Positions 1 through 11,671 of a stretch of DNA of 64,000 nucleotides are shown in pieces; the first letter of the stretch is position 1, and every line of letters starts with the position of its first letter. The position numbers and the translations under genes are program-made. The notes beneath the pieces were generated by a model. The model was not told the origin of the DNA. It ran no database searches and saw only the letters and a program-made list of their open reading frames with translations. Source of the DNA: Anaerolineae bacterium (GTDB taxonomy: Bacteria > Chloroflexota > Anaerolineae > S140-20); assembly GCA_027021705.1 (NCBI GenBank), contig JALUTT010000085.1, forward strand, positions 21,526 through 85,525. The letters are read 5' to 3'.

Positions 1-339
1 GAGAGGAAGGCCCGTCCCCAGGCTGACGAGGCCGCCGATGAGGAGGGTGGAGAGGAGGACACCGGGCACAGCCAGGGTGAGGACCGGTGTAATGCTGCTG
101 CGCAGCAATCGGAAATCGAGATGGAAGGCCGCTTCAAAGATGAGCGGCGGGACGAAGATGAAGAGGATTAACTCCGGCGTCACCTCGATAGCGAAGGGCT
201 GGAGGATGGCAATAACCAGCCCCACCAGCACCAGGCTCACCGTGTAAGGTAGACGCAACCGCCCCGCAACGATGGCTACCAGCGTCGCGATGGCGATCAG
301 CAGGAGGAAGAGGGATTGGGCAACCAGGAAGGATTCCAT
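1..339 (-). CDS. CPA1-family (NhaP-type) Na+/H+ antiporter, N-terminal part (runs off the window edge)
   Basis: Translated by hand from the ATG at 339: MESFLVAQSLFLLLIAIATLVAIVAGRLRLPYTVSLVLVG...LFIFVPPLIFEAAFHLDFRLLRSSITPVLTLAVPGV. The 'LPYTV.LV..G', 'PPLIFEAA' and 'LAVPGV' motifs are typical of CPA1. Not in the ORF track because it is partial. Confidence 0.85.
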   Translation of the reverse strand, partial: MESFLVAQSLFLLLIAIATLVAIVAGRLRLPYTVSLVLVGLVIAILQPFAIEVTPELILFIFVPPLIFEAAFHLDFRLLRSSITPVLTLAVPGVLLSTLLIGGLVSLGTGLPL

Positions 340-411
340 AGGGAGAGCAAATTGCGAATTGCAGATTGTAGATTGTGGATTGCAGCGAGTCTCCAGCGGC
401 GAGGCGCAGAG

Positions 412-440
412 ATTATACCATAGCAACCCATAGTTGTCCA
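412..440 (-). promoter_or_regulatory. sigma70-type promoter for the antiporter gene
   Basis: Minus strand TGGACA-17 nt-TATAAT with extended -10 TG. Confidence 0.55.
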
Positions 441-645
441 CAGCGTTTGAATCATCGAAACGCTGAGGCCAGTGAGAATGCTGAAGGGCCGAGCCCTGGC
501 CCGGGCCGGGCCGGGGACGTCGCACGGCAGCGCTGCCGGCCCCTCAATGGACTCACTCCGTTCAGCTCCTCAGGGGTTCAAGAACTCCGGAATCCCGGAA
601 GCGCTGAGGCTGGTAAGGGTGCCGAGGAACCGGCACTACCGGCCC

Positions 646-1668
646 TCAAAGTTGGGCACCGGAGAAGCGCAGGCGGTAGAGGAGCAGGGGATCGGTCAGG
701 CCGCGGACCGGGGTGCGAAAGTCCTCGACTGCGTGGGCGGCGAGCAGGGAGAGGGCTGCCGGGTCGGCAAGGATCGCCTCGGTGAAGACCGTCTCCCAGC
801 TTCGGGCCAAGGCGCTGACGCGGGCGGCCACGTTGACCGTGGTGCCGAAGTAGTCTAGCCGGTCGTTCAGGGTGACGACGATGGCCGGCCCCTGGTGTAG
901 ACCGATCTTCAGGGCAAGCCGCTGATCGCCCCGCAGAGCGTGGTGGCGGTTGAAGTCGGCCAGGGCACGGTGGGCAGCCAGGGCGGCCCGCAGGGCCTGC
1001 TCGCCATCGAGGAAGACGGCCATCACGCCGTCGCCCATCGTCTTGACCACCACCCCCTGGGCCTGGTGGACGGCGTCGAAGACCTGGTCGAAGTGCTCGC
1101 GCACCAGGTGGTAGGCCAGGGGATCCCCCTGGCGGGCATACAGGGCGGTGCTGCCCGTCAGGTCGGAGAACCAGATGACCAGCCGTTGTACCTCCAGGTA
1201 CTCACCGGCGGGGAGGGGCTCATCCCGAGCCCAATCCCGGAACGCCTGAACGGTCATCAGCTCGTGCACGGTGGTAGGGGGAAAGCGCCGGCGCATCGCC
1301 TCTCGGAAGGAGGGATCGTCGGCAGCCGGACCGAGGACCCGCCGTTGTGGGTGAGGAGAGAAAGTGACCTGGACTTCGTGGTCCAGGTGCAGCGGGAAGG
1401 TCGTCTGGCAGGCGGGGCACGTGTAATCGTGGCGGGCGTGGGCAAACCCGCCGGACGCCTCCTGGATGTGGCCGCAAGCAGGACAGTGAACCTCCCAGTG
1501 CAAGACCACATCCCCCTGGAAGAGGGCTTCGACCAGGGTTTCCAGCGTCAGGCGCGGGGGAAGGCGTAGCGCGTGGGCGATCTGGTGGGGAAGGGCGTGG
1601 AAAAGAGCACGCTCCTCGGCCCGTTGCAGGTGGCGGCGTAGGAGTGAGAGCGGTGAATCAGACATCAC
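646..1668 (-). CDS. Class III adenylate/guanylate cyclase with N-terminal zinc-ribbon (DUF5939-like) domain
   Basis: FSDLTGST, VVKTMGDGVMAVF, LKIGLHQG and DYFGTTVNVAARV cyclase motifs; CPAC...CPAC zinc ribbon. Confidence 0.9.
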   Translation of the reverse strand: MMSDSPLSLLRRHLQRAEERALFHALPHQIAHALRLPPRLTLETLVEALFQGDVVLHWEVHCPACGHIQEASGGFAHARHDYTCPACQTTFPLHLDHEVQVTFSPHPQRRVLGPAADDPSFREAMRRRFPPTTVHELMTVQAFRDWARDEPLPAGEYLEVQRLVIWFSDLTGSTALYARQGDPLAYHLVREHFDQVFDAVHQAQGVVVKTMGDGVMAVFLDGEQALRAALAAHRALADFNRHHALRGDQRLALKIGLHQGPAIVVTLNDRLDYFGTTVNVAARVSALARSWETVFTEAILADPAALSLLAAHAVEDFRTPVRGLTDPLLLYRLRFSGAQL

Positions 1669-1682
1669 GGTCTCGGGTTGCT

Positions 1683-1922
1683 TCAGGTCATGGAACGCAA
1701 GACGGCAAGCAGGGCCTCAAACTCTTCGCGACAATCCGGGCAACGGTCCAGGTGGTCTTGGACCAGGGGCATGGCCTCCGCAGCGTTTTTACCGGCCAGC
1801 TTCAGCTCGACGAAGCGGTCCAATTGTTCAAAACACTCGTCGCAGCCGATCTCGTCAGGGCGAGTGGCCAGCACACTGCGGACAATCCGTTTCAGGGTGG
1901 TCGGTTCCAGCACCATTGTCAT
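1683..1922 (-). CDS. Small zinc-binding anti-sigma (ZAS / zf-HC2-like) protein
   Basis: CDEC...HLDRCPDC (HxxxCxxC), directly downstream of an ECF sigma gene. Confidence 0.8.
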   Translation of the reverse strand: MTMVLEPTTLKRIVRSVLATRPDEIGCDECFEQLDRFVELKLAGKNAAEAMPLVQDHLDRCPDCREEFEALLAVLRSMT

Positions 1923-1997
1923 CCTCTATGTCTGTAGACGCCCCGGAGTCAGGCTTTCTTACCCCAGTCTCGCCCCCCCCGGTCTCCCTCCTCCTCG

Positions 1998-2621
1998 CTA
2001 CTCCTCAAAGGCCGCCAGGACCTCCTGAGGGGTCAACCCCTCGGCCAGGAGGCGCTTCTTGAGGTGTTGACGGGCGTCGTGCAGGAGCTTGTAGAGGGCG
2101 TTGCGGTTGGTGCCCATCCGGCGGGCGACTTCTTCCAGCGGCATTCCCCCCATCATCACAGCGGTCATCGCCTGGCGCTGACGTTCGGTCAGCTCCTCGG
2201 CGATGATCCGTTGGATGGTCTCCAGCATCAAACGCTGGGTGGTCCGGCGCTCAGGGCCGGCGGTGTGGTTGGTGAGGGCCGCAGGGGTGAAATCCCCGGC
2301 ATCGTAGCGGGCGATGAGGTCCTGAAGGGAGACCTCCTGCCAGCGCCGACGGCGCAGCTCGGTGAAGGCGACGCGGACGGCGATCTTGTGGGCCCAGGTG
2401 GTGAAGCGACCCTCCCCCCGGAAGGTGTGCAGGTTGTCCAGAATCCTCAAGAGGGCGTTCTGGGCGAAGTCCTCCAGGTCATCTTCGGTCACGTTGAAGC
2501 GGTCGGCCAGGGCGTAGCGGAGGCCGCGCACCAGGAGGGTCCGCAGCTTGGCCAGGGCCTCATCGGGCTCCGGGCTGCGCAGGGCATCCAGCCATTCCTG
2601 GTTCGACCGTTCTTCCGTCAC
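1998..2621 (-). CDS. ECF-family RNA polymerase sigma-70 factor
   Basis: Region 2 (EDFAQNALLRILDNLHTFRGEGRFTTWAHKIAVR) and region 4 HTH (LTERQRQAM...LEEVARRMGTNRNALYKLLHDAR). Confidence 0.92.
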   Translation of the reverse strand: MTEERSNQEWLDALRSPEPDEALAKLRTLLVRGLRYALADRFNVTEDDLEDFAQNALLRILDNLHTFRGEGRFTTWAHKIAVRVAFTELRRRRWQEVSLQDLIARYDAGDFTPAALTNHTAGPERRTTQRLMLETIQRIIAEELTERQRQAMTAVMMGGMPLEEVARRMGTNRNALYKLLHDARQHLKKRLLAEGLTPQEVLAAFEE

Positions 2622-2805
2622 GTCTCACGCCTCGGGAGGCAGGGAGCAGAGAGCGACTGAGAGGCCGGACGACGGCTGACCCGCCAACCGCCGACCGAGG
2701 ATGGGCACCGAGGGGGGAGGGATGAGGCACCGAGTCACCATACAACCGCCGACGGCCAACGACCGGGCACCCGACCACCTGACCAAGCGACCACCCGACC
2801 TCCCT

Positions 2806-4269
2806 TCACAGGCCGGCGAGGAGGCCCATCACCGACTGGACCGACCGGCCGGCCATCTCCAGCCAGGGGGCCGGCCAGAGACCCAGGCCCAGGACGCCCA
2901 GGGCGGCGACGACGAGGGCGACGGCCAGGGCGGGGGCGATCTGCTGGGGCAGCGGGCGCAGGGGCTCGTCGAAGTAGACGCGCACCACGGGGTGCAGGTA
3001 GTAGAAGGCGGAGATGACGCTGGTGAGGACGCCGACGATGGCGAGCCAGTAGAGGCCGGCCCCGATGGCCGCTCCGAAGAGGACGTACTTGCCCACGAAG
3101 CCGCTGGTCGGCGGGATGCCGGTCAGGGAGAGCATGAAGAGGGTGAAGGCGGCCGCCAGGCCGGGCTGCCGGCGGGCCAGGCCCGCGTACTGGTCGAAGC
3201 TGAGGTCCTCGCCCTCCTTGCGGGCCATCGCGGTGACGACGGCGAAGGCGCCCACGTTGGTGAAGGCGTAGCTGAGCAGGTAGAAGAGGGCGGCCGACAG
3301 CCCCTGCCCGTTGTGGGCCGCCAGGCCCATCAGGATGTAGCCGGCGTGGGCGATGCTGGAGTAGGCGAGCATCCGTTTGATGTTCTGCTGGGCCACGGCG
3401 ACGACGTTGCCCAGGATCATCGTCAGGGCGGCGATGAGGGCCAGGGCCGGCGCCCATTGGCCGCTCAAGCCGGGCAGGGCGAAGAGGAAGATCCGCAGCA
3501 GGGCGGCGAAGCCCCCCGCCTTGGCCCCCACCGACATGAAGCCCACGACGGGCGTCGGTGCGCCCTCGTAGACGTCGGGGGTCCACATATGGAAGGGGAC
3601 GGCGGCGACCTTGAAGCCGAAGCCGACGAGGAGCAGCGCTACGCCGGCCAGCAGCAAGGGGTGGGGGGAGCCCTGACCAAGGGCCACGGCGATCTCGGAG
3701 AGGCCGGTCGTGCCCGTCGCCCCGTAGGTGAGGGCGATCCCGTAGACCAGGAAGGCCGAGGAGAAGGCGCCCAGCAGGAAGTACTTCAGCGCCGACTCCT
3801 CGGAGGCCGGGTCGGGGCGGGCGAGGCCCGACAGGATGTAGAGGGGGATGCTGAGCAGTTCCAGGGCGATGAGGACGACGATGAGGTCGGCGGCTGCGCC
3901 CATCAGCATCATCCCGCTGGTGGTGAAGAGGAGCAGGCTGTAGTACTCGCCCCGCTCGATCCCCCGGTCCTTCAGGTAGCGCAAGGAGACAGGCACGCTG
4001 AGGGCCAGGGCGACGATGAAGACCAGGTCCAGGAAGAGGGCGTAAGGGTCTAGGATGACCATGCCCTGGAAGCCGGTCAGGGGACGGTTCCAGAGGGCCA
4101 GGACGGCGACCAGAGCACCGGCCGGCCCCAGCAGGCTCAGCCAAGCCGTCGTCGTCTTGCGCTCCGGCGGGATGAGGAGGTCCACCAGGAGCAGGATCAT
4201 CCCCCAGCCGGCCAGGATCAGCGGGGGCAGGATGGCGAGAAAATCGTCAGCGCGTATGGGGATCGGCAT
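2806..4269 (-). CDS. nuoN: NADH-quinone oxidoreductase subunit N
   Basis: GFKVAAVPFHMWTPDVYEGAPTP and NIKRMLAYSSIAHAGY motifs; start set at MPIPI after a GGAG RBS. Confidence 0.96.
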   Translation of the reverse strand: MPIPIRADDFLAILPPLILAGWGMILLLVDLLIPPERKTTTAWLSLLGPAGALVAVLALWNRPLTGFQGMVILDPYALFLDLVFIVALALSVPVSLRYLKDRGIERGEYYSLLLFTTSGMMLMGAAADLIVVLIALELLSIPLYILSGLARPDPASEESALKYFLLGAFSSAFLVYGIALTYGATGTTGLSEIAVALGQGSPHPLLLAGVALLLVGFGFKVAAVPFHMWTPDVYEGAPTPVVGFMSVGAKAGGFAALLRIFLFALPGLSGQWAPALALIAALTMILGNVVAVAQQNIKRMLAYSSIAHAGYILMGLAAHNGQGLSAALFYLLSYAFTNVGAFAVVTAMARKEGEDLSFDQYAGLARRQPGLAAAFTLFMLSLTGIPPTSGFVGKYVLFGAAIGAGLYWLAIVGVLTSVISAFYYLHPVVRVYFDEPLRPLPQQIAPALAVALVVAALGVLGLGLWPAPWLEMAGRSVQSVMGLLAGL

Positions 4270-4285
4270 CGTCGTGCTCCAGTTG

Positions 4286-4420
4286 TCATCTGTCGGCTGC
4301 TTCAACGATGGTTTCTATCGTCGCCACAAACCTCTCTGCGATGGTAACGGCATCATGGCCGACCTGACGAAGCAAGTCGGCCACCTCAATCGGCAGATTC
4401 TCGTCAATCTTGAAATCCAT
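4286..4420 (-). pseudogene. Truncated DUF5615-like PIN toxin (44 aa N-terminal fragment)
   Basis: MDFKIDENLPIEVADLLRQVGHDAVTIAERFVATIETIVEAADR*. The first ~27 aa match the DUF5615 start (xxFxxDENLP...LRxxGHD); it lies directly after DUF433 and stops early. Confidence 0.75.
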
Positions 4421-4428
4421 CGCGTTTT

Positions 4429-4686
<258 letters not shown>

Positions 4687-4858
4687 TTACACCGCAATTA
4701 TACCGCGTTTCTCCCGCGCTGGCTAACGATCGGCGCGCGAGCCGCCGCCCAACACAAGCCCAGCCCATTGGACTTGTACATCATCCCTAACCTTGACTCC
4801 AGATTTGCCGGATGAACATGCCTCGCATCGTGTAATCGGCGCGAGAGATCGCATCGTC

Positions 4859-6268
4859 TCACACACGCCTGAAATTCACAGTGAAGTTCCTCCCCCCACC
4901 ATATTGCTCAACAAATGCAAAGCCCTGCTGCTCGGCCAGAGAGCAGACAACCGAAAGCGGGAGGGCATCGGGATCCCCCGGCTGTTCGGTAACGGAAAGA
5001 AGCCCCAAGGGCCGGAGAGCCTGATGAAGAGCGCGAAGACACGCCGAAGGATCCGACACCTCACCTAAGACTGCGACGAGAAAGGCCACGTCAAAGCTCC
5101 TCCCCCTGAAGGGCAAGGTGGTGGCATCTCCCTGGATGAAGCCCACGTTGCGCAATCCGGCAGTGGCGATTTTCTGACGCGCCTTTTCGAGCATCGCTCC
5201 CTGCACGTCGAACAGCACCAAGTGCCCCTGCGAGATGCGTCGTGCCACCTCGACGCTAAAGTACCCCGGCCCCGGCCCTACCTCGAGCACGTGCGAATCC
5301 TCTTCGAGGTGGAGCCGATCAGCCAGTCTCTCGGGAGAGAGGATAAGCCGACGCAAGGCCGAATCTAGGATGAACGAAAGCTGATACGGACAGACACCCT
5401 TACCGAAAAAGCGCTTTACAACGTTTCCCCACTCTCTGAAACTTCCTTTTGGCCAGGCGAGGGTCTTGGGCCCCCAAATAACCACCACGATGACCGAGAG
5501 GGCGGTGACCAAGACGAGGCTGTATGCTCTGGCCTGCGCCGTCAAGGGCATCAGTTCGCCTGTGAAATTCGCCATGAAGTGGAAAAGAATGGCGGATAAC
5601 GTGCTGCGGCCGGTGTTGTTGTAGATCCACGTGAACAGGATCGAGGTGATCACCGGACCGGAGAGAAATGACCAGAAATCGGGAGAGCCGAACTTCAATA
5701 CGTCATGCTGGAAGGTGCCGTGCATGAAAAACAGGGGGAGATGCCACAAGGACCACACTACCCCCAGGATGAGGCTTGATGCGAGTGCGCTGTATCCGGC
5801 TTGCAGCCCGTCTAGTCCATAGCCACGCCAGCCGAGCTCTTCCGGTAGCGGGCCAAAGACCAGGATGAAAGCAGCAAAGGGGAGAATTCTCCACGGCTGA
5901 GACAGCAGGTCTCTGGCCGTGTCGAACCCAGGCGCCGGCGAACCGGCGAGCATATCGAGCAGAATGGCGAGTCCATTTACAGCAGGAAAGATGAGCCAGA
6001 TGGCTAGGTGCCACCTCTTGCTAATCCGTTTGATGTCAAAGACCCGCTGCCAGTAATCGCGCCATTGTTCTCGATCATGAGCGCGAAAGATCAGGACAAT
6101 TTCGGCGAGGGCCGGCCCGAAGAGCCCCAAAGCACCAAAAAGCACCGCCGGAAAGGTCCAGACGTTCCAGCGAAGCAGGATAACCCACACCCAGAAAAAC
6201 CAGGAGATACCCAGCGCGAGGATGAAGAACCGCCACGGATTCGCCGTCTTCGACGTTTCTAGGTTCAT
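4859..6268 (-). CDS. CPBP/CAAX intramembrane metalloprotease fused to a class I SAM-dependent methyltransferase
   Basis: N-half: EELGWRG, WSLWH, AILFHFMAN. C-half: VLEVGPGPGY, FDVQ, QGDATTLPF...SFDVAF. Visibly more AT-rich than the flanks. Confidence 0.85.
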   Translation of the reverse strand: MNLETSKTANPWRFFILALGISWFFWVWVILLRWNVWTFPAVLFGALGLFGPALAEIVLIFRAHDREQWRDYWQRVFDIKRISKRWHLAIWLIFPAVNGLAILLDMLAGSPAPGFDTARDLLSQPWRILPFAAFILVFGPLPEELGWRGYGLDGLQAGYSALASSLILGVVWSLWHLPLFFMHGTFQHDVLKFGSPDFWSFLSGPVITSILFTWIYNNTGRSTLSAILFHFMANFTGELMPLTAQARAYSLVLVTALSVIVVVIWGPKTLAWPKGSFREWGNVVKRFFGKGVCPYQLSFILDSALRRLILSPERLADRLHLEEDSHVLEVGPGPGYFSVEVARRISQGHLVLFDVQGAMLEKARQKIATAGLRNVGFIQGDATTLPFRGRSFDVAFLVAVLGEVSDPSACLRALHQALRPLGLLSVTEQPGDPDALPLSVVCSLAEQQGFAFVEQYGGGRNFTVNFRRV

Positions 6269-6324
6269 CTCGTGGGGCCTTTTCCAGACTTACCCTGCAT
6301 CGGCGCGGGCACTCGCCAACGAGA

Positions 6325-6392
6325 GTGAAACTTCATCTCGGTACCCCTTTGAAATTCCGATCGGGGAAAGCAAAGTAACGGGTGGTCTTCAC
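6325..6392 (-). pseudogene. Collapsed remnant of a small toxin / DUF2283-like antitoxin pair
   Basis: GTG at 6392 gives MKTTRYF-AFPDRNFKGVPR*, resembling the first and last residues of a small toxin family joined together; its stop overlaps (ATGA) an ATG at 6336 reading MKFH, a DUF2283-like start. Confidence 0.5.
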
Positions 6393-6436
6393 AGCAATCT
6401 CGCCTCTGCCCAGCGATGGAGCAGTCTCACTCCGGG

Positions 6437-7942
<1,506 letters not shown>

Positions 7943-7964
7943 CCTCTCGCTCCTTGGGATGCGG

Positions 7965-9950
7965 CTATGCGGACAGCAAGAACCAGGCGACGATGGCGAC
8001 GACGCCGACCATCACCGCCAGGGCGTATTGGCGGACGTAACCGGTCTGCAGGCGGCGCAGTTGTCCGGCCGTCCGCCGGACCAGCCGGGCGACGCCGTTG
8101 ACCGTTCCATCTATGACGCCGGCCTCCACAGGTCGGGCCAGGAAGGCGGCCAAAGCGTAGAAGCCCTGGACGAAGACCCGGTGGTAGCTCCGGTCCACGT
8201 ACCAGGCGTTGTAGGCACCGACGAAGAGGCCCCGGGCCGTTTGGAGAAGCGGGTCGGGATCGGTGGTCGCCCGGAGACGATCCCGGTAGATCCGGTAGGC
8301 CAGGCCCAGGGCGATGAGGGCCAGCACCGTCGAGGTGAGGGCGACGGTGGGGTTGAAGGGCGCGGTGTGGTGCCGGATGAAGTCGGCGAAGGGGTGCGGT
8401 CCGGGAAAGTTGATCAGCCCGGCCACCACGGAGCCCAAGGCCAGGAGGATCAGGGGGACCGTCATCACCGGGCCGCTCTCCTCGGCGTGGGCGGCCGCCT
8501 CGGTGCGGGGCCGTCCGAAGAAGATGAGCCAGAGCTGCCGGCCCATGTAGAAGGCAGTGAAGAAGGCGGCCACCGTCAGGACCAGCCAGATGGCCGGGTT
8601 GCGCTCCAAGGCGTCGGCCAGGATCTCGTCCTTGGAGAAGAATCCGGCCAGGGGGGGCAGGCCGGCCAGGGCCAAGGCCCCGATGGTGTAGGTCCAGAAG
8701 GTGAGGGGCTGGCGCTCCCGCAGACCGCCCATATTGCGTATGTCCTGGGGATCGTGGGGGTCGGGCGGCGGCAGGGGAGAGGCCGACGCGGGGGAGGCCT
8801 CAGCCCCTTGGGAGGCCGCCGAAGCGTGCATCCCGTGCTGAAGGCCGTGGATGACGGAGCCGGCGGCCAGGAAGAGCAGCGCCTTGAAGAAGGCGTGGGT
8901 GACCAGGTGGAACATGCCGGCGGTGTAGCCGCCCAGCCCCACGGCAGCCATCATAAAGCCCAACTGGCTGATGGTCGAGTAGGCGAGGACCCGCTTGATG
9001 TCGAACTGGCCCACGGCGATGGTGGCGGCCAGGAGGGCGGTGAGGGCACCCACCCAGGCGACGAGGCCGCTGCTGAGGGGAGCCATCTCGTAGAGGACGG
9101 CGCTGCGGGTGACCATGTAGACGCCGGCCGTCACCATCGTCGCGGCGTGGATGAGGGCGGAGACGGGGGTCGGGCCGGCCATCGCGTCGGGCAACCAGAC
9201 GTAGAGGGGGATCTGGGCCGACTTGCCGACGGCCCCGACGAAGAGGAGCAGCGTGATGATGGTCACCACATCCCGCATCGGCAGGGTGAGGCCGGCCAGG
9301 GCGACGGTCGCGCTCTGCTCGGCCATCTCGAAGATGGGGCCGAACTCCAGGGTGCCGAAGGTGACGAAGAGCAGGAAGAGGCCCAGGAGGAAGCCGAAAT
9401 CCCCGATGCGGTTGACGACGAAGGCCTTGCGGGCGGCGGCGGCTTTGGAGAGGTCCTCAAACCAGAAGCCGATGAGCAGGTAGGAGCAGAGCCCCACCAG
9501 CTCCCAGCCGATGAAGAGGACCAGGTAGTTGTTCCCCATCACCAGCACGAGCATAGAGGCCAGGAAGAGGTTCATGTAGACGAAGAAGCGCTGGAAGCGG
9601 GGATCGCCGTGCATGTAGCCGACGGCGTAGATGTGGATGATGGTGCCGACGCCGGTGACGACGAGCATCATCGTCACCGAGAGGGGGTCGAGGCGCAGGG
9701 CGAAGGGGACCTGGAGCGCTCCGGCCGAGATCCAAGGGTAGAGGGTGCGCTCGACCAGGCGGGCCTCCGGTGGCCGCCCCAGCAGGGCGGCGAAGACAAG
9801 CAGGGAGACGACGAGGGCCGCGCCGGAGGCGAGACAGGCCACCCAGGCTACCCCCCGCTCTCGCCAGCGGTCCCCCAGGAAGGCGTTGAGCAGCAGGCCG
9901 ATGATAGGGAAGAGAATGACCAGGAATGCGTAATCGAGGACGGCATCCAT
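7965..9950 (-). CDS. nuoL: NADH-quinone oxidoreductase subunit L
   Basis: GKSAQIPLYVWLPDAMAGPTPVSALIHAATMVTAG and DIKRVLAYSTISQLG motifs. Confidence 0.97.
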   Translation of the reverse strand: MDAVLDYAFLVILFPIIGLLLNAFLGDRWRERGVAWVACLASGAALVVSLLVFAALLGRPPEARLVERTLYPWISAGALQVPFALRLDPLSVTMMLVVTGVGTIIHIYAVGYMHGDPRFQRFFVYMNLFLASMLVLVMGNNYLVLFIGWELVGLCSYLLIGFWFEDLSKAAAARKAFVVNRIGDFGFLLGLFLLFVTFGTLEFGPIFEMAEQSATVALAGLTLPMRDVVTIITLLLFVGAVGKSAQIPLYVWLPDAMAGPTPVSALIHAATMVTAGVYMVTRSAVLYEMAPLSSGLVAWVGALTALLAATIAVGQFDIKRVLAYSTISQLGFMMAAVGLGGYTAGMFHLVTHAFFKALLFLAAGSVIHGLQHGMHASAASQGAEASPASASPLPPPDPHDPQDIRNMGGLRERQPLTFWTYTIGALALAGLPPLAGFFSKDEILADALERNPAIWLVLTVAAFFTAFYMGRQLWLIFFGRPRTEAAAHAEESGPVMTVPLILLALGSVVAGLINFPGPHPFADFIRHHTAPFNPTVALTSTVLALIALGLAYRIYRDRLRATTDPDPLLQTARGLFVGAYNAWYVDRSYHRVFVQGFYALAAFLARPVEAGVIDGTVNGVARLVRRTAGQLRRLQTGYVRQYALAVMVGVVAIVAWFLLSA

Positions 9951-10103
9951 AAGATTGCGCTCCCGATGGGCAGATTGCCGGATCAGACGTCAACCAGGGT
10001 CGAGATGCCCACGACTTCCACGACGCGGATGCCCGACCGGGGGAGGCGGCGCGGACCGCGCCACGCCCGGGGCAGGCGGTCGGTGGACGAGGTGGACACG
10101 GAC

Positions 10104-10406
10104 TCAGCCGGACAGGGTGCTGACCTGGTCCACATCAATGCTGTGCTTGGTGCGGAAGATGACGACGATGAGGGCCAGGCCGATGGCGACCTCGGCAGCC
10201 GCGACGGTCAGGACGAAAAAGACGAGCACTTGCCCTTCGAGCCGGTTGAAGTAGCGGGCGAAGGCGATGAAGGCCAGGTTGGCCGCGTTCAGCATCAGCT
10301 CCACCGACATGAAGATCAAGATGGCATTGCGGCGCACGAGGAAGCCAACGGCTCCCAGGGTGAAGAGAATTGCACTTAGGATGATGTAGTAGGGTACAGG
10401 GACCAT
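10104..10406 (-). CDS. nuoK: NADH-quinone oxidoreductase subunit K
   Basis: [20 protein letters not shown]...[10 protein letters not shown]. Confidence 0.95.
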   Translation of the reverse strand: MVPVPYYIILSAILFTLGAVGFLVRRNAILIFMSVELMLNAANLAFIAFARYFNRLEGQVLVFFVLTVAAAEVAIGLALIVVIFRTKHSIDVDQVSTLSG

Positions 10407-10423
10407 CGTCTTACCACTGGTGA

Positions 10424-10921
10424 TCAATCTTTGGTCAGGACCAAGACGCCGATCATCGCGACCAGGAGGAGCACGGAGGTCAGCTCGAAGGGAAACAGGT
10501 AGCGGCTGAAGAGGAGCTGACCGACCGCCTGAGGAGTGCCCTCTTGGGTCAGGGCCGGCATCGCCGCCAGCGCCCGGGCCGAAGGGCTGAGGAGCAGGTA
10601 GACGATCTCGACGAGGAGCGCTCCTGCCAGCAGAAGGGCCAGAGGCCGCTGGAAGGCAAACCGCTCCTCTCCGCCCAGCCGTTCGGCCCCCAACAGCATG
10701 ATCACGAAGAGGAAGAGGACCATGATGGCGCCGGCGTAGACGGTGATCTGCACCATTGCGATGAAGGGCGCGGCCAGCGTCAGGAAGAAGAGGGCAATGG
10801 TGACGAAGTTGACCACCAGCCAGAGGGCCGCGTGGACGGCGTTGCGGCTGGTCAGCATCGCCACAGCACTGCCGACGGCGATGAGCGCGTGGAGGAAGAA
10901 GAGCACCGTTGGAAGGTCCAT
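10424..10921 (-). CDS. nuoJ: NADH-quinone oxidoreductase subunit J
   Basis: [20 protein letters not shown] and [13 protein letters not shown]. Confidence 0.95.
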   Translation of the reverse strand: MDLPTVLFFLHALIAVGSAVAMLTSRNAVHAALWLVVNFVTIALFFLTLAAPFIAMVQITVYAGAIMVLFLFVIMLLGAERLGGEERFAFQRPLALLLAGALLVEIVYLLLSPSARALAAMPALTQEGTPQAVGQLLFSRYLFPFELTSVLLLVAMIGVLVLTKD

Positions 10922-10955
10922 AGCAGGTTCCCCGGAATCGCGGACTGGTGGGTCC

Positions 10956-11525
10956 TTATCCTTTCATCGGATCGCCAAAGCGGGTGACCAGCCCCTCCGG
11001 CAGGATGGCCCGGTGGGCGAACCGGCCTTCGGGATCGGCCTGCGGGGTGGCGAGTTCGGGGCTGGGGGGCGGGTCCAGCAGCATCGCCTTGGTGTAGATG
11101 TTCTCGCCTCGCTCGTAGAAGGCCAGTTCGTAGTCGTGGCCCAGGACGATGGCGTTGGTCGGGCAGGCATCCTCGCAGTAGCCGCAGAAGATGCAGCGGA
11201 GCATATTGATCTCGTAGACGCGGGCGTACCGCTCCCCCGGCGAGTAGCGTGCCTCGTTGGTGTTCTCCCCCGCCTCGACAAAGATGGCATCGGCCGGGCA
11301 GGCCGCCGCGCAGAGGGCGCAGCCGATGCAACGCTCCAGGCCGTTCTCGTAACGTCGGAGGTGGTGGCGTCCTCGGAAACGGGCCTTCGGTGGACGTTTC
11401 ACCTCCGGGTACTGCACCGTCACCGGCCGGCGGAAGAGGTGGCGCAGGGTCACGGACAGCCCCTCGGCAATCCGCGCCGGCCAGGTCACCATCTCTTTCA
11501 GCGTATAGCCGCGATCATCGCGCAC
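10956..11525 (-). CDS. nuoI: NADH-quinone oxidoreductase subunit I
   Basis: Two 4Fe-4S motifs ([24 protein letters not shown]); TVQYPE; RFRGRH. Confidence 0.96.
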   Translation of the reverse strand: MRDDRGYTLKEMVTWPARIAEGLSVTLRHLFRRPVTVQYPEVKRPPKARFRGRHHLRRYENGLERCIGCALCAAACPADAIFVEAGENTNEARYSPGERYARVYEINMLRCIFCGYCEDACPTNAIVLGHDYELAFYERGENIYTKAMLLDPPPSPELATPQADPEGRFAHRAILPEGLVTRFGDPMKG

Positions 11526-11541
11526 GGTTTGCCTCCTGTTC

Positions 11542-11671
11542 CTATGAAATCAACGCATCACTCACTACGGGCATATGCCAAGTCGTTCTCCATCTCCTCC
11601 CGGCTGTAGTGTCGGGGAACACCTCGTTCACCCCCCCTTCCCAGGTAGTTCTTCCCAACAAGCGCCGTCAT
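11542..11671 (-). pseudogene. Remnant of a UPF0175 antitoxin / DUF3368 PIN toxin pair
   Basis: 11671-11558 reads MTALVGKNYLGRGGERGVPRHYSREEMENDLAYARSE* (UPF0175-like C-terminus); an overlapping ATG at 11574 gives [10 protein letters not shown] (DUF3368-like start). Confidence 0.6.

Noticed and set aside
4700..4860. Integron attC sites around the nuoM-nuoN inserts
   Set aside because: Isolated GTTRRRY-like cores are present on the minus strand, but I could not build a paired R/L-box attC hairpin and there is no integrase in the window.
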